Assembly (NCBI GenBank): GCA_965218095.1
Contig: OZ244587.1
Coordinates: 4,800,001 to 4,864,000 of the forward strand
DNA length: 64,000 bases
Reading direction: 5' to 3'
DNA from: Candidatus Poribacteria bacterium
GTDB taxonomy: Bacteria; Poribacteria; WGA-4E; PCPOR2b
The translations under genes and the position numbers were made by a program. Below the pieces are notes generated by a model. It was not told where the DNA came from. It made no database searches and saw only the letters and a list, made by a program, of their open reading frames with translations. Position 1 is the first letter of the stretch; every line of letters begins with the position of its first letter. Positions 1 through 10,314 of this stretch are shown piece after piece.

Positions 1-94
1 ATATTATATGGGGTGTGTTCAAGGATAAAACGCAAAATGCTGATGAAATCAAGTCGTACACCGTTAAATAAATCTTGATGATAGTTATTTCGCT

Positions 95-155
95 GTAGGT
101 CAATTTTCCAAAATTGACTCTCTGAAATCGCGTCGAGATTGGAATCTCGACCTAC
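95..155. repeat. GTAG-type REP doublet (REPIN-like)
   Basis: GTAG-GTCAATTTTCCAAAATTGAC hairpin facing an inverted GTCGAGATTGGAATCTCGAC-CTAC hairpin. Confidence 0.6.
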
Positions 156-286
156 TGTTAAAACATAATTTACAGTGTAATACTACACGTTGGCGGAAAT
201 AATGACCCCACTTTTATGCTAAACCTTCCGAACCGAGAATGAAACGGCCCCGGCCAGAGTGATTCCCGCTTGTGGAAACTATTATA

Positions 287-437
287 ACCTGAGTTGCTAG
301 TATCATAGAGAAACCGAGTTTTTCACTTTCAGATTGTCTGATTTAGGGAAAATCAGTTGTATTTTTCCCTAAATCGTGTTCCTTATCTATAAAAAACTCG
401 GTTTCTGACGCTTGCTTTATCAACTAGCAACTTGCGT
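287..437 (+). mobile_element. 151-bp MITE, copy 1
   Basis: Imperfect TIRs ACCTGAGTTGCTAGT / ACTAGCAACTTGCGT; flanked by TATTATA direct repeats (280-286, 438-444); identical inverted copy at 9970-10120. Confidence 0.85.
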
Positions 438-506
438 TATTATATAGAGTATGATACGCCGTTATGCACGAATCAGACTCATTTCATCCGATTGAGAGGA
501 AATGCT

Positions 507-835
507 ATGCAAAATTCATCAAGCTGCGGCGCAATTCTCATTGTCATTGATGGCTGCCGTCCCGGTGGTATCCAGCAAGCCAATACACCAAGACTCTCTT
601 AGATCGCCATTTTATCCTCGTCTAGAGCGATCATGGTGGGCACGAAAAAAGTCACGGCACAGATCTCCCTGAAGATTTGACGATTCCGCGGATTGCGGCC
701 GGAGCGAAGGTCTCACCGATCGGTGAGATCAAGCAGCCGGTGCGTATTATTGACACCGCATTGACGCTTGCTCACGTTCTGGATGTGCTGTTTTCGGAGA
801 AACGGGAGGGACACCCGATTATGCGAATCTTTTGA
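507..835 (+). pseudogene. Alkaline phosphatase / type I phosphodiesterase family remnant with large internal deletion
   Basis: Manual translation gives an N-terminal ILIVIDGCRPGGIQQANTP and, after a break, the C-terminal SDHGGHEKSHG...VRIIDTALTLAHVL motifs. Confidence 0.7.
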
Positions 836-1066
836 CTCGTGAATCTTCTGACGAACATCTGTTCAGGTCAAGTGAAAATCAAAAGTCCCTGAGACTAAAA
901 ACACAAAGTTTCAAAGGTATGAGCGTTTTGAGAGGTGAAAAAATAATTGAGTAAAAACCGAAATTCTGCTAAACTAATACCAATTTTCAATTCTGAACTG
1001 GTATTATACTACGATTCAAACGCATCTTAACAATCACACATCTTAAAATCAGAAAGGGTAGGAGAT

Positions 1067-2359
1067 ATGCCGACCGATCTTGCACACCACATTCAAGCGA
1101 CTGCTTTGGTCGACACACATGAACACCTGCGAAGGGAACCGGAGTGGCTGGAAAACGGACCCGACATTTTACAAGACCTGTTTGGGAATTACGTTCCCGC
1201 AGACCTCAACACAGCAGGCGCATCGCCAGACGCGATGAAACGCTTGATGGATGCTTCAGATCCGGATATTGCCGGACGTTTCGAGGGTATTCAGGAGGCG
1301 TGGGAAGCGACGCAGTTCACCGGATACGGCGAAGCGGTGCGACTCATTGCGGAACATATCTACGGGATTGACGAACTCACCGGGGAAGGCCTTGAATCAG
1401 CGCAAGAGAAAATTAAAGTGCTACGCAAGCCCGGTGAACGCTATCGCCTGCTGCACGATGTCGCGAACCTAGATCATGTTCAAACTGACGACTTTTGTTG
1501 GCCCTGTACCCCGGATCATTCCGGGCTGGACTTCTTTCTCTATGACCTCTCATGGGCAGGATTTTGTAATGGACAGATCGATTCGGAGCAAATCCACGTC
1601 GAGACCGGCGTTGAAGTAAAAGATCTCAGAACGCTGAAACAGGGAATGGAAGCGATTTTCGCGAAGTATGCCCCTTGTGCGATTGCGGTGAAGGCGCAAC
1701 ACGCCTACAACCGCACCCTCAATTGGATTGAACGGAACGACGTTGAGGCATCAGCCGCTCTCGGAAGAGTGCTGACTGCGCCTGAAGAGGAGATCAGCGT
1801 CGAAACTCGGCTCTGCTTGGGCGATTGGTGCTGGGCGCGGGGGGTTGAGTTGTCAATCGAACATAACCTCCCATTCAAGATCCATACCGGCTACTACGCG
1901 GGGAACGACCGAATGCCGGTACGTCGGATTCCTGCGGGGAATATGTGCGCGCTCTTTGGACGTTATCTAGACGCCACATTTGTCCTGATGCATATCGCCT
2001 ACCCCTACAACGATGAGCTCGTTGCACTGGCGAAGCACTATCGCAACATCTGGGTCGATCTTTGTTGGGCGTGGAGCATCGATCCGTACAGTTCCCGTGA
2101 CTTTTTGCGTCGATTTCTGCACGCCGTCCCATCGAACAAGCTATTTGCGTTTGGCGGGGACACAGGCTGGCCCACAAGCTCGATGGCTTACGCGATCCAG
2201 GCGCGTAACGAGATTCGGCGCGCCCTTGAGGGGGAGATCGCGGACGGCTATATGACGGAAAAGAGTGCGATGCAAATCGCCACGCGCATCATGCGGGATA
2301 ATCAGTTCGCTTGCTTTGATGTCGAAGGGACACGGGCGAATATTCGCGCTGCTGCTTGA
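1067..2359 (+). CDS. Amidohydrolase family protein (TIM barrel metallohydrolase)
   Basis: DTHEH metal motif, KIHTG, LMH and FGGD motifs; SD AGGAG upstream. Confidence 0.85.
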   Translation: MPTDLAHHIQATALVDTHEHLRREPEWLENGPDILQDLFGNYVPADLNTAGASPDAMKRLMDASDPDIAGRFEGIQEAWEATQFTGYGEAVRLIAEHIYGIDELTGEGLESAQEKIKVLRKPGERYRLLHDVANLDHVQTDDFCWPCTPDHSGLDFFLYDLSWAGFCNGQIDSEQIHVETGVEVKDLRTLKQGMEAIFAKYAPCAIAVKAQHAYNRTLNWIERNDVEASAALGRVLTAPEEEISVETRLCLGDWCWARGVELSIEHNLPFKIHTGYYAGNDRMPVRRIPAGNMCALFGRYLDATFVLMHIAYPYNDELVALAKHYRNIWVDLCWAWSIDPYSSRDFLRRFLHAVPSNKLFAFGGDTGWPTSSMAYAIQARNEIRRALEGEIADGYMTEKSAMQIATRIMRDNQFACFDVEGTRANIRAAA

Positions 2360-2634
2360 ACAAATTAGGCTCAGATAACGCTGGTTATCGGCAGCGATTG
2401 TAAACATCAAGAATTCTAGGCAGGGTGAAAACTTGAACAAAAAAATCCCCAGTGATACAGTTCTCATCTTAAAGTGTGCCTATCTGTTTCAATGCCTTAG
2501 CTGCATTTTTACGAACCAAGTCATGTTGGTCTCTCAACGTATCTTTCAACGCAGGAATAGCTCTAGAGTCACCGTAGCATTTTCTCGTCTAAAATCGAAT
2601 GAGTTATCACGCATTACACCTCACTCATCACGTT

Positions 2635-3900
2635 TCACTTCTTCCTCAGACAACACTGTTTGTACTTCTTGCCACTGCCGCAGGGACAGGGCGAATTACG
2701 GCCGACTTTCTGCGGGACTTCCACCTGTTCGGGGTGCATCAATGGCATAATGCTATCAGCGGGGCGTCCTGCTTGCAGCGCGGCAGCCATCATTTTCATC
2801 GGTCGGTCAGTGTGGTTGAAGAACATCTTATAGCCCGCGCAGAGATAGTTCAAACCGTCTTCGCCGCTTGGTGTTTTGATGAAACGGTTTTTCGGGCAGC
2901 CGCCGTTGCAGACGAAACGAACTTCGCAGTCCCGACAATACTGCGGCAAGGTGTCACGCTTGTCCGTCCCAAACTTCCGCTGGAATGGTGAGTCCACCAA
3001 GTCCTCCATCGGCGTGTCCATTACATTTCCGAGGAAGTATTCCGGATCAACGTAGTGATCACAAGAGTAGAGATCGCCGTTATGCTCAATTGCCATTGCG
3101 TTCCCGCAGGTCTCGTTGAAAATACATAAGCTCGGCTGATAGCCTAGCCAGCCTTCCAGGGCAACATCGAAGATCTGGACAAAGATCTTCCCAATATCGT
3201 TCACAACCCACTCATCGAAGATTTCACAGAGGAATTTGCCGTACTGCTTCGCGTGTACCGAGCGATCTGTCACACCCCTCTCACCCACGCGCTCGACAGC
3301 GGGGATAAACTGCATGAACTGAACGCCAAGTTTCTTGAAGTAGTGGTACACCTCACGCGGATAATCTCCATTGTGGCTATTGACAACGCAGAGAACGTTA
3401 TAATCCACGTTATGCTTCTGTAGAAGCCGAAGTCCCCGAAGGACATCATCGGAGGAAGGCCTGCCCCTTTTGTCGTAGCGGTACTTATCGTGTAATTCAG
3501 GGGGTCCATCAATACTAATGCCGATCAGGAAGTTGTGCTGCTTGAAGAAAGTACACCATTCATCATTCAGGAGCGTGGCATTGGTCTGGAACGTATTCTG
3601 GATGCGCATACCGGGGCGTCGGTATTTCTTCTGATATTCGACAGCGCGTCGGAAAAAGTCAACGCCCATCAACGTTGGTTCGCCGCCTTGCCAGGCGAAG
3701 GTAACTTCATTGACCTGCTGGGTTTCGATATATTGACGCACATAATTTTCCAGGACCGCATCAGTCATCCGAAATGAGTGCGTATTGGGGTAGAGTTGCT
3801 CTTTATCCAAATAGAAGCAATATTCGCAGTCCAGATTACAAATTGCCCCAATCGGTTTGGTCATCACATGAAACGCACGCGGGGTTTTGTATTCAATCAT
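2635..3900 (-). CDS. Anaerobic sulfatase maturase (radical SAM/SPASM) with C-terminal SEC-C motif
   Basis: CNLDCEYC, FAWQGGEPTL, SPASM cysteines (YSCDHYV, CRDC..CNGGCPK), GRNSPCPCGSGKKYKQCC. Confidence 0.93.
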   Translation of the reverse strand: MIEYKTPRAFHVMTKPIGAICNLDCEYCFYLDKEQLYPNTHSFRMTDAVLENYVRQYIETQQVNEVTFAWQGGEPTLMGVDFFRRAVEYQKKYRRPGMRIQNTFQTNATLLNDEWCTFFKQHNFLIGISIDGPPELHDKYRYDKRGRPSSDDVLRGLRLLQKHNVDYNVLCVVNSHNGDYPREVYHYFKKLGVQFMQFIPAVERVGERGVTDRSVHAKQYGKFLCEIFDEWVVNDIGKIFVQIFDVALEGWLGYQPSLCIFNETCGNAMAIEHNGDLYSCDHYVDPEYFLGNVMDTPMEDLVDSPFQRKFGTDKRDTLPQYCRDCEVRFVCNGGCPKNRFIKTPSGEDGLNYLCAGYKMFFNHTDRPMKMMAAALQAGRPADSIMPLMHPEQVEVPQKVGRNSPCPCGSGKKYKQCCLRKK

Positions 3901-4058
3901 TTCATTTTATCCTTTGCTAAACATTGGTCGAGAGTCACCGCTACGTCAGCAGATAAGGGTCAACAACTTGCGCCACGCCGTACCAGCCATCAACAATACA
4001 GTGAGATTTTAACCAAGCCGGAGCAGGGATTAAGACAAAAGAAAAAACGCTGACCGAG

Positions 4059-5456
4059 CTACTTCTTCCGCCTTCCAATCTTCCCTACCTTCGTCTTGCC
4101 ATCCCTCTGGGTGGTAATCATTGCGACATTGAACACCCGCCGTTCATAACTGTGTGATGGACGGTTCACAACGCCTCCAAGCCCCCAAAAAGTCGATGAA
4201 CTTCCACCATCGAAGTTGATGGCGTGTTTCACCCCGAGATCGCGTAAGAAGCCAGCCATTTCATAAAATGTCATTCCTATGCTATATTCTGCCTGTCGTC
4301 CATCCACCACAATAAGGAAAAGTCGATCGTCGTTAAACCCTAATACACTCCGTGGATGCAATTGGGCGCCATTGTTGTGGCCGGAGGCAGAGCCTCCGCT
4401 CGATTCGTGGAATTCGACAAGCTCGGGTTCTATTTCTCCATTCCGTAAGAGACGGATATTCCCCCCGATTCCGTCAGAAACGTGCTGCCATTGAGTTGGT
4501 GAAAGTGCGAGCTCAAGTTCCCCTGTTGTGCCTTCGCTCAATGTCGATTGCCACTCTTGCGCCAGATGACGATCGAGGGAGAGTACAATGCTGTCGCGGG
4601 GAATGCTGTTGTTGCCGCTCCTGCTGACCGTATCGATCACAAAACGGCTGCGATATTTGCCTGTGAGTGGCAATTTGAGTTGCTTGAGGACGACTTCATA
4701 ACCACTTCGTGTGAGGGTCTGCGGGCCAAATCGGGACGTATAAATCACGGCGGCACACTCGGATTCGCGGATCTGATTAATGCAATCGATTTCAAGTACT
4801 TTTCCATTGATACGGAGAACCCCATTCAACTGAACGGCATCTAGCAGGAATTCACCGTCTGTTGTCACGCCGAAACTCGTTTCACCCCAGGAGGAAGGCG
4901 GAGAGTATCCCCACCAATCGCGCCGGGGGGGTATACTAACCAGTTCCCAATCTTGAATGTGGAGATTAAAGATTATTCCTCCGCGCCTCATACCATCTTC
5001 GCGGATGCCGAAACTGCCATTGACACCAGCTAACATCGGGATATCGCGTGCTGCGAGCCGTTTTGCCATGCTACTCATTGTTTCCCGGCCCAAGATGCGG
5101 CTGTTAGCAAGTTCAACCCCAAAGCGAAGATTTTTGGCGGTGCGATCCATCTCGGCAACATAAATCGCCGATTGCCGTTTATTCCACCAATCACGGTAGA
5201 TACGCAGCCCCCCCTGCCAATCGGATTTTTTAAGGTAATCTCGCCTTTTGGACGAAGGATTGGGAGAGACGGTGGTATGCTTGCTAACAATTCTGGAGAT
5301 AACAGAGGAAGACGAGAAATCTACACTATTTCCGGGTGTAGGTTGAGGCGCTGTTGTTCGCAACGCTCCTATCGCCAGAATCAAGAATATCATCACTCCC
5401 CAAACAGTGGCTACTTTTATGAGATAAACGCGCTGATCACTGTCTTTCATCTTCAA
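4059..5456 (-). CDS. Phosphodiester glycosidase (NAGPA/DUF2233) family protein, membrane anchored
   Basis: AGVNGSF, HPRSVLG, VVDGRQ and AINFDGGSS motifs; N-terminal TM helix. Confidence 0.85.
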   Translation of the reverse strand: MKMKDSDQRVYLIKVATVWGVMIFLILAIGALRTTAPQPTPGNSVDFSSSSVISRIVSKHTTVSPNPSSKRRDYLKKSDWQGGLRIYRDWWNKRQSAIYVAEMDRTAKNLRFGVELANSRILGRETMSSMAKRLAARDIPMLAGVNGSFGIREDGMRRGGIIFNLHIQDWELVSIPPRRDWWGYSPPSSWGETSFGVTTDGEFLLDAVQLNGVLRINGKVLEIDCINQIRESECAAVIYTSRFGPQTLTRSGYEVVLKQLKLPLTGKYRSRFVIDTVSRSGNNSIPRDSIVLSLDRHLAQEWQSTLSEGTTGELELALSPTQWQHVSDGIGGNIRLLRNGEIEPELVEFHESSGGSASGHNNGAQLHPRSVLGFNDDRLFLIVVDGRQAEYSIGMTFYEMAGFLRDLGVKHAINFDGGSSSTFWGLGGVVNRPSHSYERRVFNVAMITTQRDGKTKVGKIGRRKK

Positions 5457-5583
5457 TCTTCCTCATAGTTTACGAAAATGATTCCATACAGGGATAATTG
5501 CTTGGCTGACATCCCGTCACATTGTAGCGCAAACTTGTTCAAGGTGCAAGCACAATAGAGCTCGGAGCATTTATTTTAGTCCC

Positions 5584-5875
5584 CAACATCCGGTACGAGA
5601 TTATGAAGAAGCGAATCGATAAGGCGAGGATCAAGGGACGCGCAGAACGGCTGACGTAGCCGGGCAAGATCGCTATCGTCTACTCTCAAGCAAAGGAGGT
5701 TTTTGAGTGCCGAGAATATATCGACTACCTCTAGGCGTCGGGGTATTTGACTGAAGAGTTGGAGGGATGTCGACTTGGAAGAGCTCCAGGGAATTCAGGG
5801 ATTGAAGGCGCTGCGAGTCATAGTGGACGTGCGGGGAGTGGCTCAAGAACCGGTCACTGCGGCAGAAGAAGTAGA
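5584..5875 (+). pseudogene. C-terminal fragment of a Bacteroidetes-type large GAF-domain protein family
   Basis: Translation across stops and a frameshift: NIRYEIMKKRIDKARIKGRAERLT*PGKIAIVYSQ...LEELQGIQGLKALRV; family recognised from memory. Confidence 0.55.
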
Positions 5876-5970
5876 GCAAGCTGTACAGGCTATAGCACAG
5901 GTTAGTTCGCTATGAATCGTGAATAGAAATGGTAAACGTAAAGCGTAAAATGTAAGAGAAAAGGTTCTTC

Positions 5971-7590
5971 TTACGTTTTACATCCAATATGTAGATGATC
6001 GATGAGATACTGTGCGTTGAGCGCTTCTCCGGTCGCATGGATGAGCAGCTCGTTCCAATGAATGCTGGCGCCGGGCTTGAAGACTCTTTTGCGCAGATAG
6101 TTCCCCACACGGGGTTCGTCCACATAACCCGTTGATTCAACGCTTGCTCCGTCCAGAACGTCCTGATCTATGGTATGTTGCAATTGAGAAGCAACCATTT
6201 CTCCCAAGAGGTAGTTGTGATAATAAACCGGCGCGGTTGCAATGTGGATTTTCGCCGCCCAATCGGGTTCGTTCCGATTTTCCGGGCGGGTGACGAGTTG
6301 GAAGTGTTCAACCAAATCCCACCATAGCGTATTCAAATCCTGATCCGGATCGCAGTAGAGCGCACGTTCAAAGTGGATCATCACCATCGCCCAACGCACG
6401 AAGATCAGCATCCTCAACCGGAAGGATTCGATCGTTTCCGCTGCAATCGCCTCATTTTGCGCGGGGGATAAGTGAATAATCTTGTCCAGCCACGCCGCGT
6501 TTCGAGCAAGACGCCCCATAAGCATTGCAATCGCTTCCGTCGTGATCAGGTGCGAGGGCTGTCGCAGCAAGAATGGAAGCGCCTCATCCAGATATTTATC
6601 GTAAACTGCGTGACCATATTCATGCAACAACGTTCCCATCCACCTCGCTGTCGCTCTGACGTTCGCAAGCACCCGCACATCTTGCTTCCTGTCTATATTG
6701 ATGCAGAAAGCATGCTGATCTTTCCCCGGATGTTCAAAGAGATTGCTCCTTTCAACCAGCTCTTCGATGGGCAGATTGATTCCACGATAAAAATCCTTCG
6801 TTATGGCAACTAGAGCCTCACCCTGGAATAGCTCATCAAAGTTGATTTTGCCGACCTCCGGCACCTCTTGAAAGAAGGGATCGGCGTTATGCCATGGGCG
6901 CAGTTCATCCACTGTGACCCCGAAGCGATTAGCCAGTTCTTGATCCAATTTCCCCTTCACCTGTCGGAAGGGTGCATCTGTCAATGTCTCCAACCGACTC
7001 ACGGTGTCGAAAAGCTGATCCGGATCGACTTCGCTGAGAGTCAGAGACATCTGATAATAGTCAGCAAAGCCGACAGTACGTGCAGCTTTATTGCGCCGAT
7101 GGGCTAAAGCGATTATATCTGCTGCGACTTTACGTCCGATCTGTTTGCTTCCTTCCCACACCTTCTGTCGCCTGACATTGTCGCCCTCTGTCTTCATCAC
7201 CTCAACGATTTCGTTATCGGTCATTTCTGTTCCATCGACAACGGTGCGATGGGCATGGAAAACCTGCTCAATTGCCGTCTGGCGCTTGACCAGCTCTTCG
7301 ATCATTTCCCGCGGAAGTTGGTGCGAGGTAAACTCTAAAATGAGTAAATGCAATTGCCGTGTAAGCTGCGGCTCTTCAATTGCGTTTGAGGCTTGAAAAT
7401 CTCTCAATTGTTGGAAGTGGTCCCGATCTGAGAAAATAAGACGATATTGCGTTTCTAATTCGGCGACCAACTGCGTTGCTTCATCGGAGCCTGTTAGGCT
7501 TGCCTCCCAATAACTTGCGTTCAACTGTCTCTCAAGCGGTTGAATCTGTGTGACCAATTGATCAATAAATGTTTGTAACTGCGATTCCAT
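5971..7590 (-). CDS. M3/M2-like zinc metallopeptidase (oligoendopeptidase)
   Basis: HEYGH zincin motif, TEAIA, PVYYHNYLLG. Confidence 0.85.
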   Translation of the reverse strand: MESQLQTFIDQLVTQIQPLERQLNASYWEASLTGSDEATQLVAELETQYRLIFSDRDHFQQLRDFQASNAIEEPQLTRQLHLLILEFTSHQLPREMIEELVKRQTAIEQVFHAHRTVVDGTEMTDNEIVEVMKTEGDNVRRQKVWEGSKQIGRKVAADIIALAHRRNKAARTVGFADYYQMSLTLSEVDPDQLFDTVSRLETLTDAPFRQVKGKLDQELANRFGVTVDELRPWHNADPFFQEVPEVGKINFDELFQGEALVAITKDFYRGINLPIEELVERSNLFEHPGKDQHAFCINIDRKQDVRVLANVRATARWMGTLLHEYGHAVYDKYLDEALPFLLRQPSHLITTEAIAMLMGRLARNAAWLDKIIHLSPAQNEAIAAETIESFRLRMLIFVRWAMVMIHFERALYCDPDQDLNTLWWDLVEHFQLVTRPENRNEPDWAAKIHIATAPVYYHNYLLGEMVASQLQHTIDQDVLDGASVESTGYVDEPRVGNYLRKRVFKPGASIHWNELLIHATGEALNAQYLIDHLHIGCKT

Positions 7591-7838
7591 TTTATGTTCC
7601 TCGTTGGTAACCGCTCAGATGATCGGGCAAACTGACAGTTTGTGTTACAAGCATCTGCTAGATTGCGTTTATTTCCGATTCTTCTCCGTTTACCACCTGA
7701 ATGGTTACTCTCGTTGATGAATTCGGGGCTGGGTTAGGTTATCATAGGCAGCATGAATTGTCAAACTGAAAAAGGGATTGCCCACGCATAAAAATTGGAT
7801 CGATTCTATGGGGAATTTCTAGGATCGCAATTTTCTCC

Positions 7839-7867
7839 TTGATCTTCAGCGCAAGTTAGAATATAAT
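7839..7867 (+). promoter_or_regulatory. Sigma70 promoter for the DUF5069 gene
   Basis: TTGATC-N17-TATAAT. Confidence 0.6.
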
Positions 7868-7939
7868 CTCCCTATTGTACCAATATGGCTGTACTATCAT
7901 TAGAAAATGGATCATCACGTTTCACGAAAGGAGTTTGCC

Positions 7940-8791
7940 ATGGATCTGACGAAACAACCCCCACGCAGTCCATACTGCACAGCGGTTCTTGGTCTGATGG
8001 GTGCGGCGCGAGCCGCGGATAAAGCGCGCGCCGAGCTCAACAACACGATTGGTGAATATCAATTTGGTCGGGATTCAGGGCTGGACAGACGCACGTTGGA
8101 ATTTCTGGGGCTCTCGCCTGAAGAATTCTTCGATGCAGTTAAAGCCTACCCAGATAATCAATCGTTGAGCGCCGGTCTGAAGGAGAAAACAGGTAAGACC
8201 ATCGAAGAAATTAAAGCGTACAACGAAGCCCAGCGAAATCGCACGCCTCCGGATGAGCAGTCACGTCAACGCTTTGAGCAGCGGAGACAGAATATCGGAC
8301 GCCTAGACATCAAGATGATGTCTGACATGCTCGATGCAGAAGATGTGCATGAGTTTGGACCGCCGACAGAGCTCACTGCAGGCCCTCCACGAAGTCCTCA
8401 CTCCGGTTCATTGTTGGGGATCGCGTGTTTGGCGCGAATGGCAGACAAAGCGAGGGCGAAACTGGCGGGAACGATCGGTGAGTACAAGTACGGAGAGGAT
8501 TCCGGGCTTGATGAAGGCACGTTGGAATTTATCGGATTGACTGCCAATGAATTTCTCGAAGGCGTCCGTCAAAGTCCTGATGACGCTGCACTTGCCAGTT
8601 GGCTGCTTGAGCGTGTCCAGAAGACCGATGCAGAGATCGCGGACTGGAACGCGCAGCGACGTGCGCGAGGCCCATGGAATGACGAGATACAGAAGATATT
8701 TGATCAACGGGCAAACGCCGCCGGGCGTCCCGATCTCACGACGTTCCTCAATTTGCTCGATTGTGAGGATGCACACGATTTTCCAAGATAA
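7940..8791 (+). CDS. Tandem DUF5069-domain protein
   Basis: Two internal repeats PPRSP...ARxADKARAxLxxTIGEY.(F/Y)G.DSGLD..TLEF.GL; start chosen after SD AAGGAG. Confidence 0.75.
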   Translation: MDLTKQPPRSPYCTAVLGLMGAARAADKARAELNNTIGEYQFGRDSGLDRRTLEFLGLSPEEFFDAVKAYPDNQSLSAGLKEKTGKTIEEIKAYNEAQRNRTPPDEQSRQRFEQRRQNIGRLDIKMMSDMLDAEDVHEFGPPTELTAGPPRSPHSGSLLGIACLARMADKARAKLAGTIGEYKYGEDSGLDEGTLEFIGLTANEFLEGVRQSPDDAALASWLLERVQKTDAEIADWNAQRRARGPWNDEIQKIFDQRANAAGRPDLTTFLNLLDCEDAHDFPR

Positions 8792-8880
8792 ATGTTATAA
8801 ATTCTCAACATCATTCTAGGTTCGATGAAGCGGTGCGTGTCATTGAGACGTGAAAATCAGCGGACGATAGGCACGAAAGC

Positions 8881-9435
8881 ATGAAAAACTACAGCGTCAA
8901 AATGATCCGCGAACATATAGATAACATCCCCAACATCTCCGTCCCAGAAGGGTTCTCCATCAGAAACTACCGTCCCGGCGAGGGACACATCTGGACACGT
9001 ATCCAGAGAGCCGCCGAGCCGTTTCTTGAGATCGAAGATGACCTGTTTGATCGGGAGTTCGGTCACAATCTGAAAGCGATGGAAGATCGGAGTTTCTTCC
9101 TCGTCGCGGACGAAGGAAAAGAGATCGGGGCAATCACCGCATGGTGGAATCCAGACTGGAAAGACGGGGAATGGGGGCAGATCCACTGGGTCGCAGTACA
9201 CCCCGACTATCAGGGGCGTGGACTATCCAAACCGATGATGTCGGTTGCGATGAAACGCCTCAAGCAATTTCATGACCGCTGCTTCCTCGGCACATCAACG
9301 AGACGGATTGTGGCAATCAAGGTCTATCTGGATTTTGGGTTTTACCCCGACCTCGAATCCGAAAATAGCCGTGAAGCGTGGGTGGAGGTCGCGTCGGTCT
9401 TAGAACACCCGATCTTAAAGGCGTGCGGGTTTTAA
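8881..9435 (+). CDS. GNAT family N-acetyltransferase
   Basis: WVAVHPDYQGRGLSK acetyl-CoA motif; AIKVYLDFGF. Confidence 0.88.
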   Translation: MKNYSVKMIREHIDNIPNISVPEGFSIRNYRPGEGHIWTRIQRAAEPFLEIEDDLFDREFGHNLKAMEDRSFFLVADEGKEIGAITAWWNPDWKDGEWGQIHWVAVHPDYQGRGLSKPMMSVAMKRLKQFHDRCFLGTSTRRIVAIKVYLDFGFYPDLESENSREAWVEVASVLEHPILKACGF

Positions 9436-9533
9436 ATCTGCGATAAATTACGTTTTACGCATCATACATATCACATTTCGTGTATGTATGTCGCATTCAT
9501 TGCAAAACAACATCGTTTTAGACAGAGGAAATC

Positions 9534-9902
9534 ATGCAACGCCTTTTCTTCGCACTCGGTTCTAGTTGTGCCTTGTTAGCTGTGATAACAGGCGCATTCG
9601 GCGCGCATGCCCTTAAAACGAAACTCTCATCCGATATGCTGGCAACCTTTGAGATTGCTGTGCGCTATCAGATGTATCATGCGTTGGGATTGATCGCTGT
9701 GGCCTGGGCTTCATCACAATGGAGTAGCCAACTTATCTCCGCGGCCGGCTGGTTATTCGTGGTTGGTATCGTTATCTTTTCAGGGAGTCTCTATATTCTG
9801 GCCTTGAGCGGAATTCGCTGGCTTGGAGCGATGACGCCGCTCGGTGGGCTCGCCTTTATCGTTGGCTGGCTGTGTCTTCTGTGGGCTGTAATACGAAACT
9901 GA
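9534..9902 (+). CDS. DUF423 (YgdD/TMEM256) membrane protein
   Basis: GAFGAHAL, YQMYHALG, FSGSLY, TPLGG. Confidence 0.92.
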   Translation: MQRLFFALGSSCALLAVITGAFGAHALKTKLSSDMLATFEIAVRYQMYHALGLIAVAWASSQWSSQLISAAGWLFVVGIVIFSGSLYILALSGIRWLGAMTPLGGLAFIVGWLCLLWAVIRN

Positions 9903-9969
9903 GAACACGAGACAATCTGTATCAACCCGGAGGATCTTGACCTGCGAGGGAATGGGATGGTGTACTATA

Positions 9970-10120
9970 ACGCAAGTTGCTAGTTGATAAAGCAAGCGTC
10001 AGAAACCGAGTTTTTTATAGATAAGGAACACGATTTAGGGAAAAATACAACTGATTTTCCCTAAATCAGACAATCTGAAAGTGAAAAACTCGGTTTCTCT
10101 ATGATACTAGCAACTCAGGT
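9970..10120 (-). mobile_element. 151-bp MITE, copy 2
   Basis: Exact reverse complement of 287-437; flanked by TACTATA direct repeats (9963-9969, 10121-10127). Confidence 0.85.
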
Positions 10121-10314
10121 TACTATACTAAACCTTTGAGAAACCGCATTGTAGCTTGGAATTAACGTCGCAAGAGTGTATGAATTCAAGAGTGCATGGG
10201 TTCATTGAACGCTTGAACTCAAATCCCGAGTCCTCGATACGCCAAATGGAATAGATCTTCTTTGAGAGCTATCCACTTAACAAATATAAGTACCTGCCGC
10301 CAAAAACTTGCTTC

